This document shows, in pieces, positions 1 to 11,229 of a stretch of 64,000 nt of DNA. The translations under genes and the position numbers were made by a program. The first letter of the stretch is position 1. Each line of letters starts with the position of its first letter. Origin of the DNA: Heteronotia binoei (lineage: Eukaryota). Below the pieces are notes generated by a model. It searched no databases and was not told the DNA's origin. It saw only the letters and a program-made list of their open reading frames with translations. The stretch lies in NCBI RefSeq assembly GCF_032191835.1, contig NC_083235.1, positions 17,918,001 through 17,982,000 on the forward strand, given 5' to 3'.

Positions 1-227
1 CAGGAACAATGGGCAGTAGGATCCAAATCCTTGCTGCCCTGCTCCAATTACTGGCCCCCTGCTGGGTTCAAACGATCCAATGGCGTTCTAATGCAGGAAC
101 TCAGGACTGTATATAGTTGGCCCCGTTGGCCCAGTCAGCTACTAGTTACAATGATATAACTCAATATAAGAGCTATGATCACTGCAATTGTGTCTCCTCT
201 ATGCATTGAACCCACTACATTATAGAT

Positions 228-345
228 TAGCGGTCCCCAACTTTTTTTGGCACTAAGGACCGGTTTTGTGGATGATAATTTTTCCACAAACTGCAGGGGG
301 AGGGATGGTTTCTGGATGATACAATTGTGCACTTTATTTCTATTA
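228..345 (+). mobile_element. hAT (Charlie-type, MER1B-like) non-autonomous element, 5' fragment
   Basis: TAGCGGTCCCCAACTTTTTTTGGCACTAAGGACCGGTTTTGTGGATGATAATTTTTCCAC...TTGTGCACTTTATTTCTATTA matches my recollection of the MER1B/Charlie3-type left end. It is cut off by a SINE at about 345. Confidence 0.6.
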
Positions 346-609
346 GTTTGGTGTGGTGGGTGTGCGGACTCTTATCTGGGAGAACCTGGTTTGATTCCCC
401 ACTCCTCCACTTGCAGCTGCTGGAATGGCCTTGGGTTAGCCATAGCTCTGGCAGGGTTGTCCTTGAAAGGGCAGCTTCTGGGGAGAGCTCTCTCAGCCTC
501 ACCCACCTCACAGGGTGCCTGTTATGGGGGAGGAAGATAAAGGAGATGGTGAGCCGCTCTGAGAATCTGAGATTTGGAGTAGGATTTGGAGGGCAGGATA
601 TACCTCCAA
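345..609 (+). mobile_element. tRNA-derived SINE (Squam3-like)
   Basis: A box GTGTGGTGG, B box GGTTTGATTCCCC, and the body shared with at least 7 other copies in the window. It runs into the gap. Confidence 0.8.
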
Positions 610-745
610 NNNNNNNNNNNNNNNNNNNNNNNNNNNNNNNNNNNNNNNNNNNNNNNNNNNNNNNNNNNNNNNNNNNNNNNNNNNNNNNNNNNNNNNNNNN
701 NNNNNNNNNNNNNNNNNNNNNNNNNNNNNNNNNNNNNNNNNNNNN
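610..745. other. assembly gap (136 N)
   Basis: Run of N; the true size is unknown. Confidence 1.
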
Positions 746-2170
746 TGAGCATGGTTAACCGCAATAATTTCTCTTCATTATTTCCTGTCTGTGGTGTTTG
801 CCATACATCCTTAGACTCTGAGCAGCAAACCTGGAGTGATCCTGCCATCGCTAGCTACAGCCTCACCAGTCATTCAGTGGATCAGTCCAGTGTATTGAGC
901 CCTTAATGGAAAGCAGGAGAAAAAAGCCCCTGTTCCAGGCCAGTTTGAAAATGGTGTTGAGATAGAAGAAGAAGAGAGAAGAAGAAATTGGATTGATACC
1001 CTTCCCTTCACTACCCGAAGGAGTCTCAGAGAGACTTACAACCTCCTTCCCCTTCCCCTCCCCACAACAGACACCCTGCAAAGTAGGTGGAGCTGAGAGA
1101 GCTCTAACAGAAACTGTTCTGGAGAGGAACAGCTCTGCAGGAACTTGTGACTGACTCAAAGTCTCATCGGCAGGTGTATGTGGAGAAGTGGGGAATCAAA
1201 CCCTGTTCTCCCAGATAAGATTCCGTGCACTTTAACCACTACACCGAACTGGCTCTCTAGCTGGCAGGATGCTAGCTAGATGGGTTCCATGCAGCATGTG
1301 AAGTCTCAGAAACGAAAACAATCTAGAGGCAGGCACAAATTTGGCCAAACAAATGTCCTCTAGCTGGAAATCTGGGTCAGCACCGAAACAAATACCAAGA
1401 TATATGGCTCTAAGGATACAAAACGTTTATCCCCATATTACTTCTGTTGGTAACAGTGTTTCACTTACCTAGCGAGGCCCAGACCATAGATGACAGTTCT
1501 TCATTATGTATTCTTCATTCCATACTACAGCAAACAGACTCTGAGAAAACCTTTTCCATGACCAGCCCCGAGAATTTAAATAAATTGAGTCCTCTTCCAT
1601 GAGTAAGCCCCAAGTTCAAAACTGGGGTTTTTCTGTGCAAAGGCCAAAGCTTACATTAACTGCTTCAGTCTAGGACTGATTATTGAGAAGGCAGAGATGC
1701 AGAAGTTTTGTGTCTGAATGGAAGGCAAGTGAAGCTGATCAACTCTCCAAGACTGCATATAGCTTCCAAAGAGCAGAGTGAAGAAAATGGTGAAAAGCTG
1801 AAGTTCCTTTTCAATGAAGCTCTAGGAACAATGGCTTATGGAGGACCACTCCTCATTCTTGTGAAGAGAACAGCTCAGCACGTTCCTGGCTATAGAAGAC
1901 AATGATTTTGCAGGTCTCTGGTACTTACTGTTCTCAAAATTGTAATATCAGAGGTCCTCCTGGAATCGTACACAGGGGTGTTAAGTAGCACTCCTAGGGA
2001 ATCACTTTAAAGGAATACTTTTTAGATTCAAAGATTAATTGCTCTTTCTTCTGATTTAAACTTTAAGAACACTACGGGGAATGTGGATGTAAGGAATAGC
2101 TGGATAAACATTACAATTCTCAGTGTGATCCATTTCAGTGTCCTCAGTCGTCATCCAACTCCTGAACTAA
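746..2170 (-). promoter_or_regulatory. OR upstream module copy (putative promoter, 5' non-coding exons and intron) whose CDS lies left of or within the gap
   Basis: Homologous to 11230-12070, 18870-20880, 38720-40078 and 48790-50175. Minus-strand donors GTAAGT at 1928 and 1468, acceptor at 1541, TAATTG at 2036-2041. Confidence 0.55.
963..1257 (-). mobile_element. Squam3-like SINE
   Basis: Full head (GAGAGCCAGTTCGGTGTAGTGG on the minus strand) and (TTC)n tail. It interrupts the OR upstream module relative to its paralogs. Confidence 0.85.
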
Positions 2171-2598
2171 AATTCATCATGAATTCTGACCAATTTGTGG
2201 TTCGTGAAGTCGTGTTCATGAACTAAAAAGCTGCCATGAACTTCCACTAATTTTGATGCAGCTTGTGGCAGTCCATGAAGAGCAGAAAGCAAGGGTTTAA
2301 ATGGCTCTGGACCATTTAACCTCCTGCTTTCTGCTCTTCAGGAAAAACAGCTGAGAAGTGGGAGCTCTCCATCACTCAACTGGTGCAGAGTCATTTAAAC
2401 CACTGCTCTCTGCTCCCAGCAAAAAAATGCAGGGAGCAGAAAGTAGAGGTTTAAATGCCTCCCGGCCATTTCACATTGCCCAGGAATCCCATGAAAATTG
2501 AGAAAAACAGATCCAGAATGCTCTATGTTTCTGTAATTTTTTCAGAACCCATTTACTGGTATTCCAGGATCCTCAGTATTACTCTGGACACTTGAATA

Positions 2599-2778
2599 CA
2601 GGGCTTTTTTTTGGTAGCAGGAACTCCTTTGCATATTAGGCCACACCCCTCATATGTAGCCAATCCTCCAAGAGCTTACAGGGCTCTTCTTACGGGGCCT
2701 ACTGTAAACTGTTGGAGGATTGGCTACATTGGGAGTGTGAGGTATGCGAAGGAGTTCCTGCTACCCAAAAAAGCCCTG
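2599..2778. mobile_element. palindromic hAT MITE
   Basis: TIR CAGGGCTTTTT, near-palindromic body, perfect 8-bp TSD CTTGAATA (2591-2598 / 2779-2786). Confidence 0.9.
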
Positions 2779-3354
2779 CTTGAATATATCCAAAAATAAA
2801 GAAATCTTTTTATTTTTAAATGGATATTTATATGTACCGGCAATATCCAAATGCACATCCCTCCTCCCCATCCTCCCTATGTCCTGTTGGGTTTTGCATT
2901 ATAACATTTTTTTTAAATGAAGGAACACCTATGCTGAAGTATTTGTCTCATGAAATATGGAAACCAAAGAGCAAGCACTTGCTTAGGTTTCTCCAGGTAT
3001 TCCTAACCCGTACCCATTTGTAGCTAAGCAAGACATTACAGACAGCTTATCGCTTGTACAGGCAAGAGTAGTCGATTGGAGATAAGTAAGAGCAATATTT
3101 GCACTTCCTAATACACTTTATTTGAAAATCATCACGAAAGCATAGCAATCTTAGCCCATCAGCACATGAGAAAAATAAAACACCATACGATCTCCTTATG
3201 CTCTTTTAAGTGATCTCATAATTGATACAAGGAAGCACAATATTTTCCAGCAAAAATTTTAAAAAGTGCTCCATCGTCCAATCCTAAAACCTATTCCCAG
3301 GAAGACTCGTTTCCTTCTCTTCTCTTTCAGGAAAGACCAAACTCCATATGTAAC

Positions 3355-4187
3355 TAGTGAAGAGGCAACTAGCGAGGATCCCAATACCAAAAGTAGCAGC
3401 CACTGCTAGAGCCACTTTCTACTATCTTCGGCAAACTCGACAGTTGGTCCCCTACCTTGAGTGTGGTGACTTAGCAATGGTGATCCACACCTCGGTTACC
3501 TTGAGAATTGATTACTATAATGTTTTCTACATGGGGCTGTCCTTGACTCAGATTCGGAAGGCGCAGAATGCTGCAGCCAGGCTCCTCGTCAGGAGCACAT
3601 TCAGCCTGTGCTGAGAGTGCTGCACTGGCTGCCTGTTGCGTACCGAATCCGTTTCAAGGTTCTGGTATTAACCTTCAAAGCCCTATATGCCTAGGACCTA
3701 CCTATCTGCGGGACTGCCTTGCCCCACATGTTCCCCAGAGAGCACTGCGATCAAGCTTTCAAAATCTTTTGGCTGTCCCTGGGCTAAAAAAGGCTAGGCT
3801 TAATTTCACCAGAGCAAGAGTCTTCTCAGTTGCAGCCCCAATATTCTGGAACATCCTCCCAGAAGCCAACAGGGCCCTGTGGAACTTATCACAGTTCCGC
3901 AGGGCTTGCAAAACTGAATTGTTTCGGATGGCATATAACATCTAACAGGAGAGGGCTGCCACCGCATCTGGATCTATCGCGCTTCAGTACTAACTGCCTA
4001 GAATCTGTACACGTTGAGAAAGGAAAATATTACATGAGCCACCTAAATAGATGAAGTAGCACCATTGCAATTTTATTTGTTTTAATATTGCTTATTGTTT
4101 ATTGTGTATTTTATGTTGTTTGCCACCTTGAGTCTGCATAGAATGGACAGGATATAAATATAATGTAAATAAATAAATAAATAAAAT
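3355..4187 (+). mobile_element. L2-clade LINE 3' fragment, degenerate
   Basis: Frameshifted RT C-terminus (DLAMVIHTSVTLRIDYYN...QNAAARLL; FRRACKTELFRMAY) homologous to 25043-26317, with a (TAAA)n tail. Confidence 0.85.
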
Positions 4188-4194
4188 ACAGCTC

Positions 4195-4882
4195 TTTAGG
4201 GTTTGTAGAATCTTTCGGGCTCAAGTGCCGTGTTCTACTGGAGAAAGTTTTTCTTCCAGACGTTTCGTTCTCAGCTGAGGAGAACATCCTCAGTGGCGAT
4301 GCAGCCGGAGCAGGCACTCTGACCTACTTGGCTGCTGTGCATTGAGTGAGGCCAGGGCTGCTGGAGAGCTGCTATTTCTAGGCCGGAGGGGGTGGGTTGA
4401 GAGGGCAATTGGTTTGTGGATGTGCCCATTGTTTGGTGGGGCTTCCTGGAAGGGAAGTGATAAGGAAACTGGCTGTTGAATGTGACCATTGTTCTGTGTT
4501 AATTGATGGGAGGGTTGGAAGGGGTGTGAAGATAAGGAAGATGGTTCTTGACTGTGCTGATTGTTCTGTGGAATGTGCTGGTTGTTCTGTGACCTTCTGC
4601 AATTTATAGTCTGTAGGGCGTTTTGCAGAGCTGGAAACCAAGATTGGTGGATGGAAATGCCTTCTTCCTTTCTGTTAAAGTTGTGTTGGTGTTTGTAAAT
4701 CTCAATAGCTTCTCTGTTCAGGCAGGTATGATAATGTGAGACCGTAGAAAGGACTTCAGTTCTTTCAAAGTGGATGACGTGGTCTCCTTCTTGAAGAAGG
4801 AGACCACGTCATCCACTTTGAAAGAACTGAAGATTCTACAAACCCTAGTGATGTTGCCAGCCGTGAAAACCTGAAATCTTTG
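4195..4882 (-). mobile_element. Penelope-like element, 5'-truncated, with inverted terminal segment
   Basis: The minus strand encodes the GIY-YIG C-terminus (HVIHFERTEVLSTVSHY...REAIEIYKHQHNFNRKEEG). 14-bp TSD ATAAAATACAGCTC (4181-4194 / 4883-4896). Confidence 0.8.
4256..4296 (-). ncRNA. minimal hammerhead ribozyme motif in the Penelope terminal repeat
   Basis: CCA-CUGAGGA-U-GUUCUC(CUCAGCU)GAGAAC-GAAAC-GUC^UGG: intact core, 6-bp stem II, 3-bp stem I. Confidence 0.65.
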
Positions 4883-5166
4883 ATAAAATACAGCTCAGTG
4901 TTCTGGGATCTACTGTTTGGATGGCATTCCTTGTAATGTGAAAATTTGGGTTATAAGCTAGAGGCATCAAAATCCTGTCTGTGTCCTCCTTCCTTTCTAG
5001 ACCAATATTAGGAAAGTTGACGTGTAGTTAAACTAATTTTTTTTTTAACAGGACTTTGACTATAGTTTACAGATCCCATTTTTCCAATGTAAGGGCAACT
5101 TCACATCAGATTCATTTCCAACACAGAAACCAATTATGTGTAGGAAACAGTTGGAATAGAAACAAC

Positions 5167-5368
5167 CAGGGATTTTTTTGTAGCAGGAACTCCTCTGTCT
5201 GCATATTAGACCACACACCCCTGATGTAGCCAATCCTCCTGGAGCTTACAGTAGGCCCTGTAAGAAGAGCCCTGTCAGTTCTTGGAGCATTGGCTGCATC
5301 AGGGGGGCGGTGGGTGGGGGGGGGTTAGCCTAAAATGCAAAGGAGTTCCTGCTACAAAAAAAGCCCTG
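5167..5368. mobile_element. palindromic hAT MITE
   Basis: Same family as 2599-2778. Perfect TSD GAAACAAC (5159-5166 / 5369-5376). Confidence 0.9.
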
Positions 5369-5420
5369 GAAACAACTGATAAATACTTGTCCAAGAACTT
5401 TCTGACAGTTAGAGCAGTTC

Positions 5421-5750
5421 CCCAGTGAAACAGGCTTCCTTGGGAGATGGTGGAGGTTTTTAAACAGAGGCTAGACGGCCATCTGACAGCAAAGCTGATT
5501 CAGTGAACTTCATCAGACCATGAGAAGGAGGGCAGGAAGGGTTGCATCAGTGCTTAGTTCTTGTGGCTCTTTCTTACAAACCCAGGGAAACGCCAGTTAG
5601 GCCAGGAATCCTGGAGGGTTTTTTGCCATTTTCTAGGCATGGAACAGAGGTCACTGGAGTATGTGGGGGGCAGGTATTTGTGAATCTCCTGCATTGTGAA
5701 GGGGGTTGGACTCAATGGCTCTTGAGTTCCCTTCCAACTTCATGGTTGCA
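5421..5750 (+). mobile_element. CR1 LINE 3' end fragment
   Basis: Matches the 3' region of 14640-15097 and 34905-35366 (TTTAAACAGAGGCTAGA...CATTGTG...GGGTTGGACT). Confidence 0.7.
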
Positions 5751-6462
5751 TTAATGTCTCGCGTCTTCATTCTGGGGAGCAGAGGCAGCATCAGTTCCGC
5801 TGCAGTTTTTAGTCTTCAAGTTGACATAAGACACTTTGCAGTTTGCTCCAGAGTGGGTTCTGCAAAGCTCCTCTTGTTAACATGACAGCATGTAGACTCA
5901 CCACATGCATGCCTTGAACATTAGCAGAAACTCAATGATTCTATGTTTCTATGCAGCAAGAAACCAATGCTGGAAATGGCTTTCTACTACACATCACAAA
6001 ATAGGGACATGTTGGTTGGGTCCAGACCAGCAGCTTGGGGCAGCAACCTCCCATCCCAAAGTAAGCTGGCAGAAAGAGACGCGCCCTGGGGTTGGTCAGC
6101 CCACTGCCAAAGCAAGAACAGGCCACGAGTGCCCCAAAGGAGCGATCAGACCACTCAAGCATTTGAGTGGCACTTCCCAGGTGCTCTCCAGCCATTTAGA
6201 TGGCCAGGAAAGGTGATTTGCTACCACTTAGGAAGTAGTAGATTTTTTGGGAGCTTCTACAACGCTGGAGGATGCGGTGAGTACAGGAGCGGGACAGTCT
6301 CCCAAATGTTTGCATCTGGACTTGATTTTTTAGTGTCTTGGGACCGTCCCTGTGTCACCTCAAACTGCCAGTCTAGACCCAGCTGCTGATAGTCATATTC
6401 AATGATTTACACAATATTCACTGTAGAAATGGTGTTTCTGTATGAAAAAAGTTTACCATAAG

Positions 6463-6645
6463 CAGGGCTTTTCTTTGTAGCAGGATCTCCTTTGCATATT
6501 AGGCCATGCACCTCTGATGTAGCCAATCCTCCTGGAGCTTACAGTAGACCCTGTACGAAGAGCCCTGTAAGCTCTTGGAGGATTGGCTGCATCAGGGGTG
6601 TGTGGCCTAATATGCAAAGGAGTTCCTGCTGCTAAAAAAGCCCTG
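6463..6645. mobile_element. palindromic hAT MITE just 3' of OR1
   Basis: TSD ACCATAAG/AGCATAAG. The empty site GGTTACCATAAGAAGAAGTAGAG is seen in the paralogs at about 36685 and 46545. Confidence 0.9.
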
Positions 6646-6685
6646 AGCATAAGAAGTAGAGTGCGTTATTGTATTGTGCTGATCT

Positions 6686-7618
6686 TTATTCAGATGTTTT
6701 CTTTCCAAACACTTTCCAGAACGCTCCCTTCACGTCCCTGTTCCTCAAGCTGTAAATCACCGGGTTGAGCATGGGAGTTAAGACCCCGTACATTAAAGAA
6801 ATGACCTTATCTTGATCAGAAGCAGATTTTGCTTCGGGTTTCAAGTACATGATCATGATTGTCCCATAAAAGACACTGACCACCGTGAGGTGAGAACTGC
6901 AGGTGGAGAAGGCTTTCTTGCGACCCTGCGTCGACCGAATGCGCAGGACCGCTAAGCCGATGCGCCCGTAGGTCACAACAATGAAACCAAAGGGTGGGAT
7001 TAGAAGAAAGAGGCTGGAAATGTGCATGAAGAGCTCACTAGCAAGTGTGTCAGAGCAGGCCAGCTTGAGGAACGACTGCAGCTCGCACGCAAAATGGTTA
7101 ATGATATTTCGTCCACAGAAGTCAGTTGGCTGGAGCAGCATGGTGATAAGGGTTACGACAAAGGAGAAAGCCATGGATGCAGTCGCCAGACTGATGCAAA
7201 GTCTCCAGCTTATGATCTGCGTGTAGTGAAGGGGCTGGCAGATAGCGGCAAAGCGGTCGTAAGCCATGATGGCCAGAAGGACGCATTCTGTCGAAACAAG
7301 AAACAGACCGACATACATCTGAACCAAACACCTGTAGAAGTTGACGGTGGGCCTGTAAAAGAAGCAGTTGACCAGAATCTCAGGCAGTGCATTGTTGGAG
7401 AGGATGAGGTCTAATGAAGAGAGGATGCAGAGAAAGAAATACATGGGAGAATGAAGGCGGGAGTCGGCAATAATCAATATGAGGATGAGGCTGTTCCCAA
7501 GGAAGCTGATGAGATAGGCTATCAAAAGGAAAGAGAAGAACACAGCCCTTGCTTGGGGGTGTTCGGATAACCCAATCAAGATGAATTCAGTCACCGTGGT
7601 CTCATTTGGCATTCCCAT
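6686..7618 (-). CDS. olfactory receptor, class II, intact (OR1 of this window)
   Basis: 310-aa single-exon ORF with an N-terminal NET sequon, LHSPMYFFL, MAYDRFAAICQPLHY, KAFSTCSSH and PMLNPVIYSLRN. Confidence 0.97.
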   Translation of the reverse strand: MGMPNETTVTEFILIGLSEHPQARAVFFSFLLIAYLISFLGNSLILILIIADSRLHSPMYFFLCILSSLDLILSNNALPEILVNCFFYRPTVNFYRCLVQMYVGLFLVSTECVLLAIMAYDRFAAICQPLHYTQIISWRLCISLATASMAFSFVVTLITMLLQPTDFCGRNIINHFACELQSFLKLACSDTLASELFMHISSLFLLIPPFGFIVVTYGRIGLAVLRIRSTQGRKKAFSTCSSHLTVVSVFYGTIMIMYLKPEAKSASDQDKVISLMYGVLTPMLNPVIYSLRNRDVKGAFWKVFGKKTSE

Positions 7619-8819
7619 GACATTCTCTGCTTTGTCTTTTCTGTACGGAAAAAAAAATGAGAAAGTTTAGAGATGACACTGGCAGGATTTTGCTTTTCCA
7701 TGCAATGTCAAAGCATTTTCTTGACTCCTAGGGTTCCTTCACACACAACAAATAATGCACTTTCAATCCACTTTCAACTGAATTCTACTGTGTGAATCCA
7801 CTTACGAGGGGTCACTGAAGCAGTTTGAAACTGCATTATTTCGTATGTGTGAAAGCGCCACTAGTCTTTGAGATCTACCTGATCCTACCATCCATGCCGT
7901 CTTAAATAAAATAATTTTAATTTATTGGCTTAACTGTTTTAACTATTCTGATGTTTTATTTATTTATTTATTTATTACTTCGCATTTATATCCCGCCCTC
8001 TCCGCGAGCGGACTCAGGGCGGACTCAAGTTAATGTTTTAACTTGATGGAATCTGCCCTGAGCCCTTTATGGGAAAGGGCAGACTATAAATGTACAAATA
8101 AATAAATATTACTGTAATCCCAACTGAAGTTAATGAGATTTAAGTGCATCTTAAGTGCTGCTTTTTAAAGTCCATCAACGTGAGTGAACTCAGTGACAAG
8201 TACAAGCCAGGGACAAGTATAAACCAAGTATAAAGTGGAGACTCAGTTGTGGCCATAGGGACAGAGCTTAGAAATTAGTACATATAATGCCTGTTGTATC
8301 AGTTCTGTACTGAAAGTCAAGTTTTAATTCATTCCCCAGAGTCATATTTTGGTATAAATATTTATTAAAAATAACTCACGGAATTGGAAAGGGCCCTGAT
8401 GATGATCCACTTTCTGAGTAAGACATGGGGTTGCCAATTCCCCCTGGTCACTGGCAGGGAATGGAGTTGCCAGATCTGGCTTGGGAAGTTCCTGGAGATT
8501 TGGGGATGGAGCCTGGGGAAACCAGGGACCTCAGTGGGGTACAAAGCCATAAAATCTACCCTCCAAGGCTTCCATTTTCTCCAGAGGAACTGACCTGTGT
8601 AGTCTGGAGATGACCTGTAATTCTGGGGGATCCCCAGGTCCTATCTGGAGGCTGGCATTCCTAAACCTGGTAATATTTGGAGGCCTTGATTTTTTTCTTC
8701 ATTATACTCCTCCAGTTCACTGAAAACTGTGATCTTTAAATAACTTAACAAACTTAAATAACTTAACAAACTTTTCCGCGCTAATTCAACCCAGATCAAA
8801 GGTTTTCTGAATTTGCATC

Positions 8820-8945
8820 TTTAAGAGTAACAAATTTTGTTGCAGCATAAGCTTTTGAGAAACACAACTCTCTTCCTCAGACGCATCTGAGAGAACTGTG
8901 TTTCTCAAAAGCTTATGTTATAATAAAAATTGTTAGTCTTAAAGA
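8820..8945. repeat. palindromic Penelope-derived remnant with degenerate hammerhead cores
   Basis: Inverted repeat centred near 8883. The minus strand reads CTGAGGAAGAGAG...TTTCTCAAAAGCTTA, with GAAA decayed to AAAA. Confidence 0.45.
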
Positions 8946-9644
8946 TACTACTGGACTGTTTACTATTTTGCAGCAAAAGGCTAACTCCTCTGGATCTAAA
9001 AGTATCTCTAGCTCTCTTTACCCCCCCCCCCCCCAACCATGTTTCTTCTCAAGGATGTGAAATATATTTGAAATCAGTCTGTGCTGGAAAGACGGGGGAG
9101 TGCCTTTTATTGCTGGGAAATTCCATTAGACTAGGGCTTCTTGGGAAAGAACTGTTGATGCGTCCACAACTCAGGAGAACTCCCTAGACTGGCCTTGGAA
9201 GAAGGATTCCTTCTAGTTCAGTACCAGACCAGCAAAGACATAACAGGGTGTAAACCTCAGAGAGTACATTTTAGAAAAGTATGCAGTGTGTGTGTGCAGG
9301 TGAGTACATTGGGAAGAGATGGTTCTGCACTAGACCTTTAACTTTCTTCAGCCCTGTCCCCAAACTGGTTTTCTACACTAGAATCATAGACATAGACTCA
9401 TAGAGTTGGTTTCTATGAATCTATGATTCTGGTGCAGAAATGTCAGTTTGAGGACTGGGCTGTAGCAGGATTAAAGGTCTAGTGCTGAATTTAAGAGAAA
9501 TCTCCCAAAGGAATATAGCTGTGCTGAAATGAAACAAAAAAAGTATTTTAAAAAAGGAAAATGAATTATAAAAGGGAAAAAAAAGTGGAAAACGATGATT
9601 GAATTCCTAAAAGATGTGGGAAAAGGGCAAAATAAAATACAGAG

Positions 9645-9945
9645 GAAGAAGAAGAAGAAGAAGAAGAAGAAGAAGAAGAAGAAGAAGAAGAAGAAGAAGA
9701 AGAAGAAGAAGAAGAAGAATTTCAGAGAGTGGTCACAATCTCCTTTACCTTCCTCCCCCACAACAGACACCCTATGAGGAGGGTGGGGCTGAGAGAGTTC
9801 TCACAGATCTGCTCTTTCAAGGACAGCTCTTGCAAGAGCTATGGTTGACCTGAGGCCATTCCAGCAGCTGCAAGTGGAGGAGTGCGGAATCAAACCCAGT
9901 TCTCCCAGATAAGAGTCCTTGCACTAAACCACTACACCAAACTGG
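9645..9945 (-). mobile_element. Squam3-like SINE with expanded (GAA)n tail
   Basis: SINE head at about 9945 and about 25 perfect GAA units at 9645-9719. Confidence 0.85.
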
Positions 9946-10650
9946 AACTCAAACTCACATGTGCACACACATAAATAAATGCAATACAGTCAGTCTAACT
10001 CAGCTAGTTATGGTTTATCCAGGCAGTAGTATGCTGCTCAGATCATGTGCAGAATTTTGCGTAGCAAAAAGATGTCAGAAGACTCTCTAGCCCCTACCCA
10101 ACACCCTGAAGACCCCACTTTCTCACTTTGCTTCACAAGAGACTGAAGACAAGGGAAAACATCAAACGTTCAGATGTTCATGGACAAGGAAATCTGACCA
10201 GCGGTGTGCACAAAAAGAAAAAATCATCAGGATTTTCCAGATTCTGATATATTGGAAAATTCAGGATTCCAGAAAAACCTGAATACTGGTATGGTATTGT
10301 AATTCAGGTATTTTTGAAAATCCAAATTTTTTTTTACAGCTCCATTATACCCTATGGGACTCTTATAGTCAATGGGAAATCTAAGGGTATCCAGGAGTCT
10401 GTTTTTTGAAGCAGAGTCACTAAAATTTCAGTATAGCTTCTGGTGCCTCTCCTCAAAAGATACCCCCCATTCAAAGAGATTGGACCAGGGGGTCCAATTC
10501 TACAGGTGCCCAAAGATGGTGCCCCTATCCTCCATTTTTTCCAATGGTGTGTGTGGGGAAACCCCAAGAATTGATGTTAAGTCAGAGTCTCTGCATTAGA
10601 AACTGAAGGGGGGGGGTGTTTCAAAGCCCAGCAGAACCAGTGTATATATA

Positions 10651-10928
10651 GAAGAAGACTGCAGATTTATACCCCGCCCTTCACTCCGAATCAGAGTCTC
10701 AAAGCTGCTTTAAAAATCCTTTATCCCCTTCCCCTACAACAAACACCCTGTAAGGCAGGTGGGGCTGAGAGAGTTCTCCCAGAAAAGCTGTCTTTTCAAG
10801 AACAACTCCTGCGAGAGCTATGGCAGACCCAAGGCCATTCCAGCAGCTGCAAGTGGAGGAGTGTGGAATCAAACCTGGCTCTCCCGGATAAGAGTCTGTA
10901 CACTTAACTCTACACCAAAGTGGCTCTC
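10651..10928 (-). mobile_element. Squam3-like SINE
   Basis: Full-length copy ending in GAGAGCCA on the minus strand, with a short TTC tail. Confidence 0.85.
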
Positions 10929-11229
10929 TGTAAGAGTGCCTTACAGAACCATTGTGCCACTGTGGCAATGTCAGTTCCACAGATCCAAGCTGGGGCTGGT
11001 ACAAGCACAGCACAGACAATGCCTGCGCAGAGTGCACAGCAGAATAAGTGAATGTACATAGTGCCCAAAGAAGGTGCCCCCATCATCCATTGTTTTCAAT
11101 GAAGGGGGGAAAGCATTTAAGGGAAGGCACTGGGTTTTGCTGGGCACTGGTACATTGCATTGGTACTGCTAGGCACTTTGTACATGCACTGGCTATGTTG
11201 GGCTTGGAAACCCCGCTTGATTGGATTTG

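Noticed and set aside
5943-6389. 148-aa ORF downstream of OR1
   Set aside because: No recognisable motif; it begins in the non-coding downstream module shared by the OR paralogs.
8820-8945. active hammerhead ribozymes
   Set aside because: GAAA has decayed to AAAA on both arms and one core has a deletion; listed only as a remnant.
9471-9853. poly-Phe/Lys/Arg ORFs
   Set aside because: They are translations of the (GAA)n SINE tail.
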